A DNA stretch of 64,000 nucleotides from NCBI GenBank assembly GCA_965237835.1, contig OZ250160.1:2530146-2594145 (forward strand), in the 5' to 3' direction. How positions within the stretch are numbered: the stretch's first letter is position 1; each line of letters begins with the position of its first letter. Under the pieces are notes generated by a model. The model was not told where the DNA came from and made no database searches. It saw only the letters and a program-made list of their open reading frames with translations. Positions 20,579 to 29,808 of the stretch are shown piece by piece. Both the position numbers and the translations under genes were made by a program. Source of the stretch: Candidatus Poribacteria bacterium (GTDB taxonomy: Bacteria > Poribacteria > WGA-4E > WGA-3G).

Positions 20579-21358
20579 ATGAAATTGTATCGTGTTCTTT
20601 TACTTTTTTTCTTTTCATGCGCTATCCTCTTCGTTGGTGCAGTTAGTGATATTTCAGCAGATGCTCAAGTTAACGGTCCCTATACTGCTGAAGCATACGT
20701 TTATCGTGTTAACACAGCTAATGTCATATTGACCGCTAAAGCTAGTAGTACGCCGCGGGCAAAAAACGGTAAGTATAAATTAGTTGCAAATAAAGATTCA
20801 GATTTAAACAGACAGGTCGAAACTTGGGATCCACTTGAAGAACAAACCCACCTGGATACACATGGTGCTCCAATTGATGGTGAATTCTCCGAAGAGCTAA
20901 AAAGAAATTATCCTTCGACAGAATACGGATACCAGGCTAAATCACTTGTTGATGGACAATTGACAGATGGAGCTTTTCGTGCTGCTTTTGCTGAAGATAA
21001 AGTGGGCGAGATACCTATTCTTGAACCCACCCCCGTCCCTCAACCACAATTGGGCATATCCCCCGTAGATCCAGATGACACTCCTTATCCCGGCGAAGCA
21101 CATGAGTACAGACTTGTCACAGAGGCACCTTATTACTATGTGAATTGGTATGTGAAGGCACCTTGGGAGACAAGTGAACGCGGATCATATATAGGGAGTG
21201 ACTCAGGTGACGGCACGACAACTGAATCTACATTCAGTTACACGTTCCCGAGCGGTGCAATGCATACTGGAGATTTTCTGATAACAGCGGTCATTTACCG
21301 GTGGTCAGATATGTCTGAGTATGAGGAGACTTATACTGCGACTGTGTCATTAGATTAA
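20579..21358 (+). CDS. Cassette protein Y3 (secreted; divergent N-domain, conserved C-domain)
   Basis: Signal peptide. N-domain only distantly similar to Y1 and Y2 (DGPYTAEAY.YRV...ASST). C-terminal ~105 aa conserved. Confidence 0.7.
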   Translation: MKLYRVLLLFFFSCAILFVGAVSDISADAQVNGPYTAEAYVYRVNTANVILTAKASSTPRAKNGKYKLVANKDSDLNRQVETWDPLEEQTHLDTHGAPIDGEFSEELKRNYPSTEYGYQAKSLVDGQLTDGAFRAAFAEDKVGEIPILEPTPVPQPQLGISPVDPDDTPYPGEAHEYRLVTEAPYYYVNWYVKAPWETSERGSYIGSDSGDGTTTESTFSYTFPSGAMHTGDFLITAVIYRWSDMSEYEETYTATVSLD

Positions 21359-21768
21359 AATTACGTCGCATTTATCATTGTGAATAACAACAGACAGGTA
21401 TCCTTGAGGTTACCTGTCTTCTCTTTTTATCAGAAAAAGTTGACATGTAACATGTATACGCGTATATTATCTGAACCAGGATTCTCAAGATTACCAGATT
21501 TTCAGGATTATAGATACTTCCTCAAATGAACAAGGACTTTGTCGAGAAATATAGATTTGAAGATAATACTAACTAGCAGAAGATAGCCATCCATCTAAAA
21601 GCATACTAATCCTGTCCATCCTGGTTCAGACAATCCGAGATTCAGACAGAACCTTTGACATTTAATCCAACATATAGTAGAATAAACGCAACATTAAAAT
21701 GATTTATATTTAGCCCGCGTCTTTCTATCCAGATAGGTATTTAGCACAGCACACAGGAGAACACACCC

Positions 21769-22917
21769 ATGAGAAACAAATTGTTTTCAATTTTGACAGC
21801 ACTGTTTGTAGCACTCCCATTTATGACCTGCAGTCTTCCGCCAGGTTCACTGGAGGAACCGCTACATGATCCACAGCAGGAACCGCAGCAGAAACCGCAG
21901 CAAGAGCATTTACCCAATGGCGTGAAAGTGCCCCCCGGGAGAGTATGGGTTATGGATGTAAAATTTTCACCCGATGGCACATGTCTCGCGGTGGCGGGTG
22001 GCATCGGCATTTTGCTTTACGATACACAGACTTATGACAAACCGGACCTACTTAAAGGGCATACGGGTTATATATGGTGCATAGCGTTTCGTCCGGATGG
22101 AAAGGTGCTCGCAAGTGCAGGTCAGGACCGGACTGTCCGTTTGTGGGATGTGAACACGAGACAACAAATCAGAACATTTGGAATAAACTTGTATCCTACG
22201 TCAAACATAACATTTAGTCCGGATGGCAAGACACTCGCAAGCGCAACTGGAGGTAATAATACGAAGGATGTTATGAACGTCTATCTATGGGATGCAGACA
22301 CAGGTAAACGCCTACGCACACTCTCTGGGCATACGAATATAGTCAACGATGTGTCGTTTCGTCCGGATGGAAATATGCTCGCAAGTGCGTGTGACGACCA
22401 AACCGTCCGTCTGTGGGATGTGGAGACGGGACAACATATCAGAACACTATCTGGGCATACGAAGATGGTCGAGAGCGTTGCATTTAGTCCGGATGGAAAT
22501 ATGCTCGTAAGTGGAGGTGGGTATCATAATGCTGTCGCTCTGTGGAATGCGAACACGGGACAACAAATCAGAGCACTCACTATCAATGCACACTTGGAAC
22601 AACAAATCAATGTCCACATGGAAAAATATAGCAGACACATAGGCGCAAAAGGGGGGAGCAAGATTAGTGGAGAAGATGTGGCGTTCAGTCCGGATGGAAA
22701 CACTATCGCAAGTACCGGTCCTTCTTCCATCCATCTGTGGGATATGGGCTCGGGACAACACCACAGAATACTCCACAACGGAAAGTATCCTGATATAGCA
22801 ACAGATGTAGCGTTCAGTCCGGATGGAAACACTATCGCGTGTGTAGGTTGGTATGAAGCACATGTGTGGGATGTGGAGACGGGAAAACTCATCCGAATAC
22901 TCATGGGCAAACATTGA
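21769..22917 (+). CDS. WD40 repeat lipoprotein-like protein (WD40-3, divergent paralog)
   Basis: Same signal and leader as the other WD40 genes. WD40 units FSPDG....LWDV. Confidence 0.85.
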   Translation: MRNKLFSILTALFVALPFMTCSLPPGSLEEPLHDPQQEPQQKPQQEHLPNGVKVPPGRVWVMDVKFSPDGTCLAVAGGIGILLYDTQTYDKPDLLKGHTGYIWCIAFRPDGKVLASAGQDRTVRLWDVNTRQQIRTFGINLYPTSNITFSPDGKTLASATGGNNTKDVMNVYLWDADTGKRLRTLSGHTNIVNDVSFRPDGNMLASACDDQTVRLWDVETGQHIRTLSGHTKMVESVAFSPDGNMLVSGGGYHNAVALWNANTGQQIRALTINAHLEQQINVHMEKYSRHIGAKGGSKISGEDVAFSPDGNTIASTGPSSIHLWDMGSGQHHRILHNGKYPDIATDVAFSPDGNTIACVGWYEAHVWDVETGKLIRILMGKH

Positions 22918-22971
22918 TACTACCGTTCTGTGGTATTAGGTATTTAGAACAGCACACAGGAGAACACACCC

Positions 22972-24075
22972 ATGAGAAACAGATTGTTTTCAATTTTCAC
23001 AGCACTGTTTATAAAACTAACATTTCTGAGCTGCAGTCTCCCACCCGGTTCATTGGAGGATCCGCTGCATGATCCACAGCAAGCCCCGCAGCAAGAGCAT
23101 TTACCCGAAGGCGCGAAAGGGCGCATCAAGAAAGACAGGATCCATGATATAGCGTATTCACCAGATGGCACGAAGCTAGCGGTGGCAGGTGGTAGCGGTA
23201 TTTGGCTCTACGATGCACAGACAGGTCATGAACTTGTCCAATTCGCAGGACATACCTATACAGTCCACAACGTGGCATTTCGTCCAGACGGAAAGACTAT
23301 CGTAAGTGCCGCTATCGGTTACGATCAGACCATTCGTATATGGGATGTGAACACGGGAAGAAACCTACGAACATTCAGGTATGTGGCCTTTGACGTCGCG
23401 TTTAGCCCGGATGGAAAGATGATCGTAAGTGGCGGTCATGACAAAAACCTCTATTTACTGGATGCGGACACAGGTAAACTCGTACGCACCCTCTCTGGGC
23501 ATACGGATTTTGTCTGGAGCGTGGCGTTTAGTCCGGATGGAAAAACTATCGCAAGTCGCAGTCAGGACAAGACCATTCGTCTGTGGGATGCGAACACAGG
23601 AAAACTCCTGCGAACACTCACAATGGATACGCATCTGCCCAAGTATTTTCTCAATATCGTAATTTTTAGTCCTGATGGAAAAGTGATCGCAAGTGTTGGT
23701 AATGACCGGACCATTTGTCTGTGGGATGCTAACACGGGAAAACGCCTACGAACAATCGCAAGAAATACGACTCCTTTTCATAAAAACTTGGCATTTAGTC
23801 CGGATGGAAGCATGATCGCATGCAACAATTGGCTCGATATTGACCTATGGGATGTGAACAACGGAAAACTCCTACGAACACTCACAGGGTATAGGGAGAA
23901 TAACCCATCGCGTCGGGAGTGGAGGAGAGGACATATTGGACTTATAGGACCCCCCGGAATCTTTACGGTGGTGTTCAGTCCGGATGGAAAGACTATCGCA
24001 GGTGCCAGTGTGCATGGCGTCCATCTGTGGGATGTGAACACGGGGTACCTCCGAAAACTCATCAGTGGTTTTTGA
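22972..24075 (+). CDS. WD40 repeat lipoprotein-like protein (WD40-4)
   Basis: Closest to WD40-1 and WD40-2. The downstream 165 bp is identical to 14754-14917. Confidence 0.85.
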   Translation: MRNRLFSIFTALFIKLTFLSCSLPPGSLEDPLHDPQQAPQQEHLPEGAKGRIKKDRIHDIAYSPDGTKLAVAGGSGIWLYDAQTGHELVQFAGHTYTVHNVAFRPDGKTIVSAAIGYDQTIRIWDVNTGRNLRTFRYVAFDVAFSPDGKMIVSGGHDKNLYLLDADTGKLVRTLSGHTDFVWSVAFSPDGKTIASRSQDKTIRLWDANTGKLLRTLTMDTHLPKYFLNIVIFSPDGKVIASVGNDRTICLWDANTGKRLRTIARNTTPFHKNLAFSPDGSMIACNNWLDIDLWDVNNGKLLRTLTGYRENNPSRREWRRGHIGLIGPPGIFTVVFSPDGKTIAGASVHGVHLWDVNTGYLRKLISGF

Positions 24076-24257
24076 TACGACCGCGCTGCGGTCTGTTGTA
24101 AAATGCCAATTTTCTGTTAGCGGAATTGTCCCTTAAATCTATCTATAAGAGAAAACTCTCATAGAATAATAGCATCTGTTTGCAAGCATTCCTATCTGGT
24201 TTTGTGAATTAAATTCTAAACGTCCCTGTTAATTTCTACTTGGTAAGGAGAAAAATC

Positions 24258-25397
24258 ATGAAATTTGTCAACTTCTGTCTGTTTACTACTTTTGTTCTTA
24301 TAACAGTAATGCAAATCGGATGTTTGTCCGGTGGTGCGATGGGTACTGCGGAAAAATTAAGTGAGACGAAAGACTATCGCGGTGCATTAGAAGTCTATCA
24401 AAATGTTGTAGATACCAAACCCGGTACTGCTGACGCGCGCGCAGCACAACTCGCAATAGGTGAACTCTACATTGAGCATATACATCAACCCGAACAAGGG
24501 ATTGAAACTTATGAAGCGGTCATTGCTGAAGCACCCACAAGCGATGAAGCTGCAGAGGCACACTATCGTCTCGGGATGCACGCCTATCGCCAAAAAGACT
24601 ATGACGCAGCGCAAACCCAATTTGGTACTATTGTTAACCAATTTTCGCATCTGGAATTGAGTCACAACGCACAACTGATGTCGGCAAAAAGTTATGAGGA
24701 CGGGCAAAAATTTGAACAAGCTGTAGAAGTTTATGATAATTTTGCGAACCGCAACCCACAGAGTAAACGCGCTGCACAAGCCCTCGCCAATAAAGCGCGA
24801 ATACAACGCAAATTCCTTAAAGATGATGATGAAGCGATACGTACCCTGCAATCATTAGTCATAAAATACGGCAAAATTAAGAGCGCAGAATCATACGTTA
24901 AAGAAGCTAAAAAAGTATTAATTGAATTCAATGTCTCTCCTTTTGGATTTGGTGCATATCCTGAAGTTCCCGCCGATTATCCATTTCAGGAGCGACTTTG
25001 GGATAATGCCACGCCAGAGCATGAGTTGTTAGTCCGAGTCGAAGTTAAGTTATGGAATCAAGGAACACGAACTAAAGGTGCAGCGTTTAGTAGTAATGGT
25101 CTCGTTTATCCCACAATTTCTGGTGTCCTTTACGTAGAATGGCGTTACATTGAAGAAGGTGACCCAGATTTAGTAGGGCAACGGTATGCGGGACGTGTAA
25201 TGGGTGACGGAGATACTGCTAAAAAGTGGCGATCTTTATACCTTACTGACCGTATGTTTGAGCGCACAGACGTAACGCATGACACTGAGGTATCAGGTAT
25301 AAAGATTTATGAGTATCCAGATGGAGGAATAGACCCCTACAAATTCCTCGATTTACCGAGGTTTGATGTTGAATTGAGAGAAGGAGGCAAAAACTAA
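24258..25397 (+). CDS. Cassette protein X4: intact TPR lipoprotein fused to the conserved X C-domain
   Basis: RBS AAGGAG 7 nt upstream of the ATG at 24258. Lipobox IGC. TPR-like repeats. C-domain SPFGFGAYPEVPADYPFQER... Confidence 0.75.
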   Translation: MKFVNFCLFTTFVLITVMQIGCLSGGAMGTAEKLSETKDYRGALEVYQNVVDTKPGTADARAAQLAIGELYIEHIHQPEQGIETYEAVIAEAPTSDEAAEAHYRLGMHAYRQKDYDAAQTQFGTIVNQFSHLELSHNAQLMSAKSYEDGQKFEQAVEVYDNFANRNPQSKRAAQALANKARIQRKFLKDDDEAIRTLQSLVIKYGKIKSAESYVKEAKKVLIEFNVSPFGFGAYPEVPADYPFQERLWDNATPEHELLVRVEVKLWNQGTRTKGAAFSSNGLVYPTISGVLYVEWRYIEEGDPDLVGQRYAGRVMGDGDTAKKWRSLYLTDRMFERTDVTHDTEVSGIKIYEYPDGGIDPYKFLDLPRFDVELREGGKN

Positions 25398-25414
25398 ACG
25401 TCTCTGAAATTACA

Positions 25415-27943
25415 CTAAATTCCATCAGGGATAACGGTATACCTAAACCAACACCGCGTCCCATCTGTTTTTAACGTGATAGCACCCAGTTGATCTGTTC
25501 GTAGTTGAACACAATTACGTTCCCGATACCGTTCTATGACATCCGCATGCGGAAATTGATACCGATTCCCTAAGCCGAGTGAAAAGATAGCATAACGCGG
25601 TTGAACAGCATCTAAAAACTGTGCACTGCTTGAGGTTCGGCTGCCATGATGCGGCACCTTCAGAATCTCTGCCCTTAAATCTTGCTGAGATGCAATTAAC
25701 CGAGTCTCACCCTTGAACTCAATATCACCAGTAAACAGAATATCCACCTCGCCATAACTAACCTTCATGACAAGCGAATCATTGTTCTTATCATCGTCTA
25801 TAAGATTAGTGGACGCAGCATCAATCGGATGTAGCAGGTTAAGCGTTGCAGTTGGCGTCAATTCAATTTTTCCTGCATAAGGAAAAGCATAAGGGATGTC
25901 TCGCGCTTCGGCAATACTACGTAATTGCTGATGGGTTTGGGAATCAAGTTTCATGTCAGGTATGCCGAGAATTCGCTTCACTCTAAAGTTTCGCAGGATG
26001 TACGCAAGTCCACCCCCGTGGTCAATGTCCGGATGTGTGAGCACCACTAAATCAAGTTCCCGAATGCTGTTCGCATCAAGATAAGGTTCAATAACCCGTT
26101 CACCTACGTCAAATTCTACCTCTTTCCGCCGCTTTTCATCGTAATATGAACGTTGGATACCGCCGTCAATTAACATTGTCCGTCTATCGGGAAATCTGAT
26201 GATAGCCGCATCCCCTTGACCAACATCAAGCGTAATCACTTCAAGCAGGCGACCCTCTTCATGAAACGCACTGTCCCACACCCAGACCGCCATCACAGAT
26301 AGTCCGATGAGACTTGCCATTTTCCACTGCTTATATACGTATCGCCAATGTGTGATGCCTAAGCAGATAGCTATGTAAATAATGATGAGACCAAACGTTG
26401 GCGGTGCTACTTTCATTATACCCCATTTCTGTCCAAATATTCCGATGAGTTCCAAAAAGATGAAGATAATCGCGTGGTTAACCATCGCAAGGAGTTTCGC
26501 GAGCGGCAGCCAGATAAACCCTACACAGACCGATGCCATGCCCACACCAACGATTAACGAAACAAGTCCAACTGCAAATGGACCGACTATTAGTCCGAGC
26601 GGATATGCCCTATAAAAATGAAAAGCGATGAGAAGTCCGGTGCCGAGCTGCGCAGCAAATGTCACGAGATAGGATAGCACCAACCATTTTAGTGCGGTAT
26701 TCTTGAGTTTGACCAATCTACTTATGTCATCAGATTCACCGGTATCCCACAGTCTCCGCAAAGGTTTCTCCATTTTTGGAACAAAATAGACAATGGAGAC
26801 AACAGCAACAAATGAGAGTTGAAAACCGGCATCCCATAGCTGCATCGGGTTAAAAATGAGTAATGCTAAAGCAGCAACAGCGAGCAAGTTGAAGATGTCT
26901 GCATCGCGATCAATGATAGTTGCAAACAGAAATAGGGTTGCCATGAGCGAAGCACGGAAGACAGAGGGGCGGAAACCGACCAAACACGCATAAATTAGAA
27001 CTGCCCCGATTGTTAGCAGACAAACCACCTTCTTGGGCATGCGAAATATTGACAAACCAAGATAACAGAACATCGCAATGAGTCCGACATGAAGACCCGA
27101 CACCGCTAGCACATGGAAAGTGCCACTGTTACGAAAGATGTCCAAAGTCTCTGATGGCACATCTCCCCGTTTCCCGAGCAGAATCCCTTTTAGCAATTGC
27201 GCATGTAACGAGTTTTCTCTTGTAGGCGGAGTTTGTAACCCCGATGTGTCTTCTGTAGGCGGGGTTTCCAATCCCGATGTGTCTTCTGTAGGCGGGGTTT
27301 GTAACCCTGAATATGCACCATCAATAATCCGTTCAGTCCGAAGGCGAAGTGCTTCTATCCACCGCAGCGGTGGAAATCCTGATTGCTTACCTAAGCGAAG
27401 CAGCCCTTGGTGATAGATTATCCCTGATACATTTTGCCGTGCAAGATAGGATCGATAGTCAAAACCGCCAGGATTTCTTTGTGCTTGAGGCTGACGCAGC
27501 ACACCCATCAGTGTTAGGTGTTTACCGTAACGTAGCGGCATCAATTCCTGGAACCTCACCAAGAACTTTGCTGACACTGTTTGCGCTGGATCAGACAGAA
27601 GCTGAATCTGCCCTACGGCATAGCATGCTTCCCACGCCTCCCCGCGTTCTGGTTGATACACGGTGTCGCCTATAAAACTAACGGGTTGGTCATAAAAATG
27701 GTGTGGAATTGTCGGGACGGTAGCGATTTCCAATCTCAGCATTCCACTCGCAAAGATGGCAATATGTAGCAACACATAACACAGATATTTTGCCCGACCC
27801 CTCGCCAAAGTGCTACCGATAAAGCATATCAACACGGACAACCATAGCCACAAGGGTGGAATTGAGGTATATCCACCCGTTAAGATGCCGAGTAGGAAAG
27901 GAATGAGGAAGTAGAACGCAGGACGCGGTTTGAGTTTTATCAT
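25415..27943 (-). CDS. comEC: DNA internalization competence protein ComEC/Rec2 (polytopic membrane domain plus C-terminal metallo-beta-lactamase domain)
   Basis: Multiple TM helices. MBL motif LTHPDIDHGGG. An internal 3x tandem peptide repeat (TPPTEDTSGL). Confidence 0.85.
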   Translation of the reverse strand: MIKLKPRPAFYFLIPFLLGILTGGYTSIPPLWLWLSVLICFIGSTLARGRAKYLCYVLLHIAIFASGMLRLEIATVPTIPHHFYDQPVSFIGDTVYQPERGEAWEACYAVGQIQLLSDPAQTVSAKFLVRFQELMPLRYGKHLTLMGVLRQPQAQRNPGGFDYRSYLARQNVSGIIYHQGLLRLGKQSGFPPLRWIEALRLRTERIIDGAYSGLQTPPTEDTSGLETPPTEDTSGLQTPPTRENSLHAQLLKGILLGKRGDVPSETLDIFRNSGTFHVLAVSGLHVGLIAMFCYLGLSIFRMPKKVVCLLTIGAVLIYACLVGFRPSVFRASLMATLFLFATIIDRDADIFNLLAVAALALLIFNPMQLWDAGFQLSFVAVVSIVYFVPKMEKPLRRLWDTGESDDISRLVKLKNTALKWLVLSYLVTFAAQLGTGLLIAFHFYRAYPLGLIVGPFAVGLVSLIVGVGMASVCVGFIWLPLAKLLAMVNHAIIFIFLELIGIFGQKWGIMKVAPPTFGLIIIYIAICLGITHWRYVYKQWKMASLIGLSVMAVWVWDSAFHEEGRLLEVITLDVGQGDAAIIRFPDRRTMLIDGGIQRSYYDEKRRKEVEFDVGERVIEPYLDANSIRELDLVVLTHPDIDHGGGLAYILRNFRVKRILGIPDMKLDSQTHQQLRSIAEARDIPYAFPYAGKIELTPTATLNLLHPIDAASTNLIDDDKNNDSLVMKVSYGEVDILFTGDIEFKGETRLIASQQDLRAEILKVPHHGSRTSSSAQFLDAVQPRYAIFSLGLGNRYQFPHADVIERYRERNCVQLRTDQLGAITLKTDGTRCWFRYTVIPDGI

Positions 27944-27944
27944 G

Positions 27945-28925
27945 CTATGTGAATTGGATAACTTTACCGGTTTCGGAGGACTGGTATGCTGCGGCGATGA
28001 TTTCGTTTGCCCTTAAGCCGTCGTTGCCGCTTGCAAGCGGTGCAATACCTGTCGTTACGCATTCTGCGAAATGCTCAAATTGATTTTGATAAAGGTCTTC
28101 AAATTGAGATGTGATGACCTGTTTTTCACCATCAAAGTATGTATGGATTTTCCATCCATCGTCGTTCAAAACGGATACGGAGCCTTCTGTGCCGTAAAGT
28201 TCAAGTACAATGTCGCACTGCGCAACGGAGAAACTAAGGTCTGTGAACCCTTGTGCGCCACTCTCAAACCGCATCAGAATACCGCTGGTCTCCTCAACTT
28301 CGTAGTTGTAGATTGGGCTATCACAAAATCCTACGACTTCCGTGACCTCGCCGATGAGGTAGCGCAGCATATCAATACTATGCGGTCCCAAGTCCATCAG
28401 ACACCCACCTCCGCTTATCTCAGGTTGTGCGCGCCATTCGTCGGCTTTTAAAAGGTATTTCTTCAAGAAAGGCATCCTGCCGTGAACAATCTGTCCAAGA
28501 CGATTTTCGCTAACCCATGTTTTGATCTGTTGAAAGCAGGAGTGGAATCGGAAAAGGAAGCATACCTGTAGATGCACGTCGTTTGCATCGCATGCAGTGA
28601 TCATCCGTTCACATTCCTGTGGCGTGAGTGCCATCGGTTTGTCACAGAGGACGTGTAATCCACGTTCTGCGGCGGCGATGACTTGTTCGCAGTGGAGATT
28701 GACAGGTGTTGCGACATAGATTGCGTCAAGTTCAGAATCGTTGAGCAGGTCATCAACACTGCTATATCCTACTGTAACGTTATGTTCTGTTGCGAGATTT
28801 TTGGCGCGTTCGGCATCACGTGAGAAAAGGGCATGCAGTTCTGCACCTGTTGCTTTCTGGATGGCGGGCATTGCTCGGCGTTGCGCGACGCTTCCTGCAC
28901 CGAGGACGCCCCATTTTAATGTCAT
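27945..28925 (-). CDS. Gfo/Idh/MocA family NAD(P)-dependent oxidoreductase
   Basis: N-terminal Rossmann segment WGVLGAGSVAQRRAMPAI. The stop lies 2 bp from the comEC start (operon). Confidence 0.8.
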   Translation of the reverse strand: MTLKWGVLGAGSVAQRRAMPAIQKATGAELHALFSRDAERAKNLATEHNVTVGYSSVDDLLNDSELDAIYVATPVNLHCEQVIAAAERGLHVLCDKPMALTPQECERMITACDANDVHLQVCFLFRFHSCFQQIKTWVSENRLGQIVHGRMPFLKKYLLKADEWRAQPEISGGGCLMDLGPHSIDMLRYLIGEVTEVVGFCDSPIYNYEVEETSGILMRFESGAQGFTDLSFSVAQCDIVLELYGTEGSVSVLNDDGWKIHTYFDGEKQVITSQFEDLYQNQFEHFAECVTTGIAPLASGNDGLRANEIIAAAYQSSETGKVIQFT

Positions 28926-29025
28926 TTATTTGTTCTCCGTGGTTGTTTTATTATCGGGTTACAAAAGGAATGTCCGAGGCGTAATGAATTGCGCGACTAC
29001 GAACAATCCTGTCCTACAAGATATG

Positions 29026-29808
29026 TCAACTGAACAATAATAGATGTATACCGGTTGCGAATAGGACGATTAGGACGATTCTGGAAAAGTTTCGTTCTGA
29101 GAAGTGATCGTTCAAATATACGCCGACCTGCACGCCGAGTCCGACAAATGGGAGGAGGACTAAAGCCTCAACAATAAGTTCAACCGAAAACATACCAAGT
29201 TGGAAATACGCTGGAATCTTAACCAGATTGATAAAAAAGTAAAGTAATGTCGTTGTCGCAACGAATGTGCGATTGCCTAATCTTTGCGGTAGAAGAAACA
29301 TGACGATGACCGGTCCTGCCATGTGTGCAAGCGTTGAAAATATACCTGCAAGCGTGCCTAACAGCACGCCATGCCACGTTTTGAAATGGACAACCGATTC
29401 TTCATCCGTATCATCCGGATTTAGTGCCTGTTTGAGTTTGGAACGTAAAAATTCTAATACGGCAAATAGGCAGGCGATTCCTCCGATTACCTTCTTTAGA
29501 TGAATATCTGATATGTCTTTTAAGATGAAACTTGCAAGTGCGATACCAACGATGGCACCGGGAATCAGCTGCCAGATGCTTTTGCGATGCCACTGTTTCC
29601 AATAATGCCCCAGTGAGATAACATCTGTTGAGAAGAGTAAAGGGAGCATGAGCGCGACAACGTTTCGGACAGGACGAAACTGGGCAAATAGCGGGATGAC
29701 TATCATACCGATGCCTCCGCCGAAACCGGCTTTGCTTACACCTGTGAGCCATGTCCCAAAACATAAGATCAGTATTTCGTAGATAAGGTTTCTCCTGTCA
29801 GGGGTCAA
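29026..29808 (-). CDS. TauE/SafE (DUF81) family membrane transporter
   Basis: ~8 TM helices with duplicated glycine-rich motifs (AGFGGGIG, AGIFSTLAHMAGPV). Confidence 0.7.
   Translation of the reverse strand: MTPDRRNLIYEILILCFGTWLTGVSKAGFGGGIGMIVIPLFAQFRPVRNVVALMLPLLFSTDVISLGHYWKQWHRKSIWQLIPGAIVGIALASFILKDISDIHLKKVIGGIACLFAVLEFLRSKLKQALNPDDTDEESVVHFKTWHGVLLGTLAGIFSTLAHMAGPVIVMFLLPQRLGNRTFVATTTLLYFFINLVKIPAYFQLGMFSVELIVEALVLLPFVGLGVQVGVYLNDHFSERNFSRIVLIVLFATGIHLLLFS

Noticed and set aside
22447-22914. Long antisense ORFs inside WD40, ComEC, Type IIG and other large genes (e.g. 22447-22914, 14459-14740, 26382-26615, 53226-53852, 61112-61447)
   Set aside because: They are embedded in-phase opposite well-supported CDSs and have low-complexity or repeat-mirroring translations, no RBS and no domain signal. 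These are typical shadow ORFs.
10800-25400. Diversity-generating retroelement or cas-like machinery driving Y N-domain variability
   Set aside because: No reverse transcriptase, template repeat or adenine-specific substitution pattern is visible. Variability is more simply explained by paralog divergence and gene conversion.
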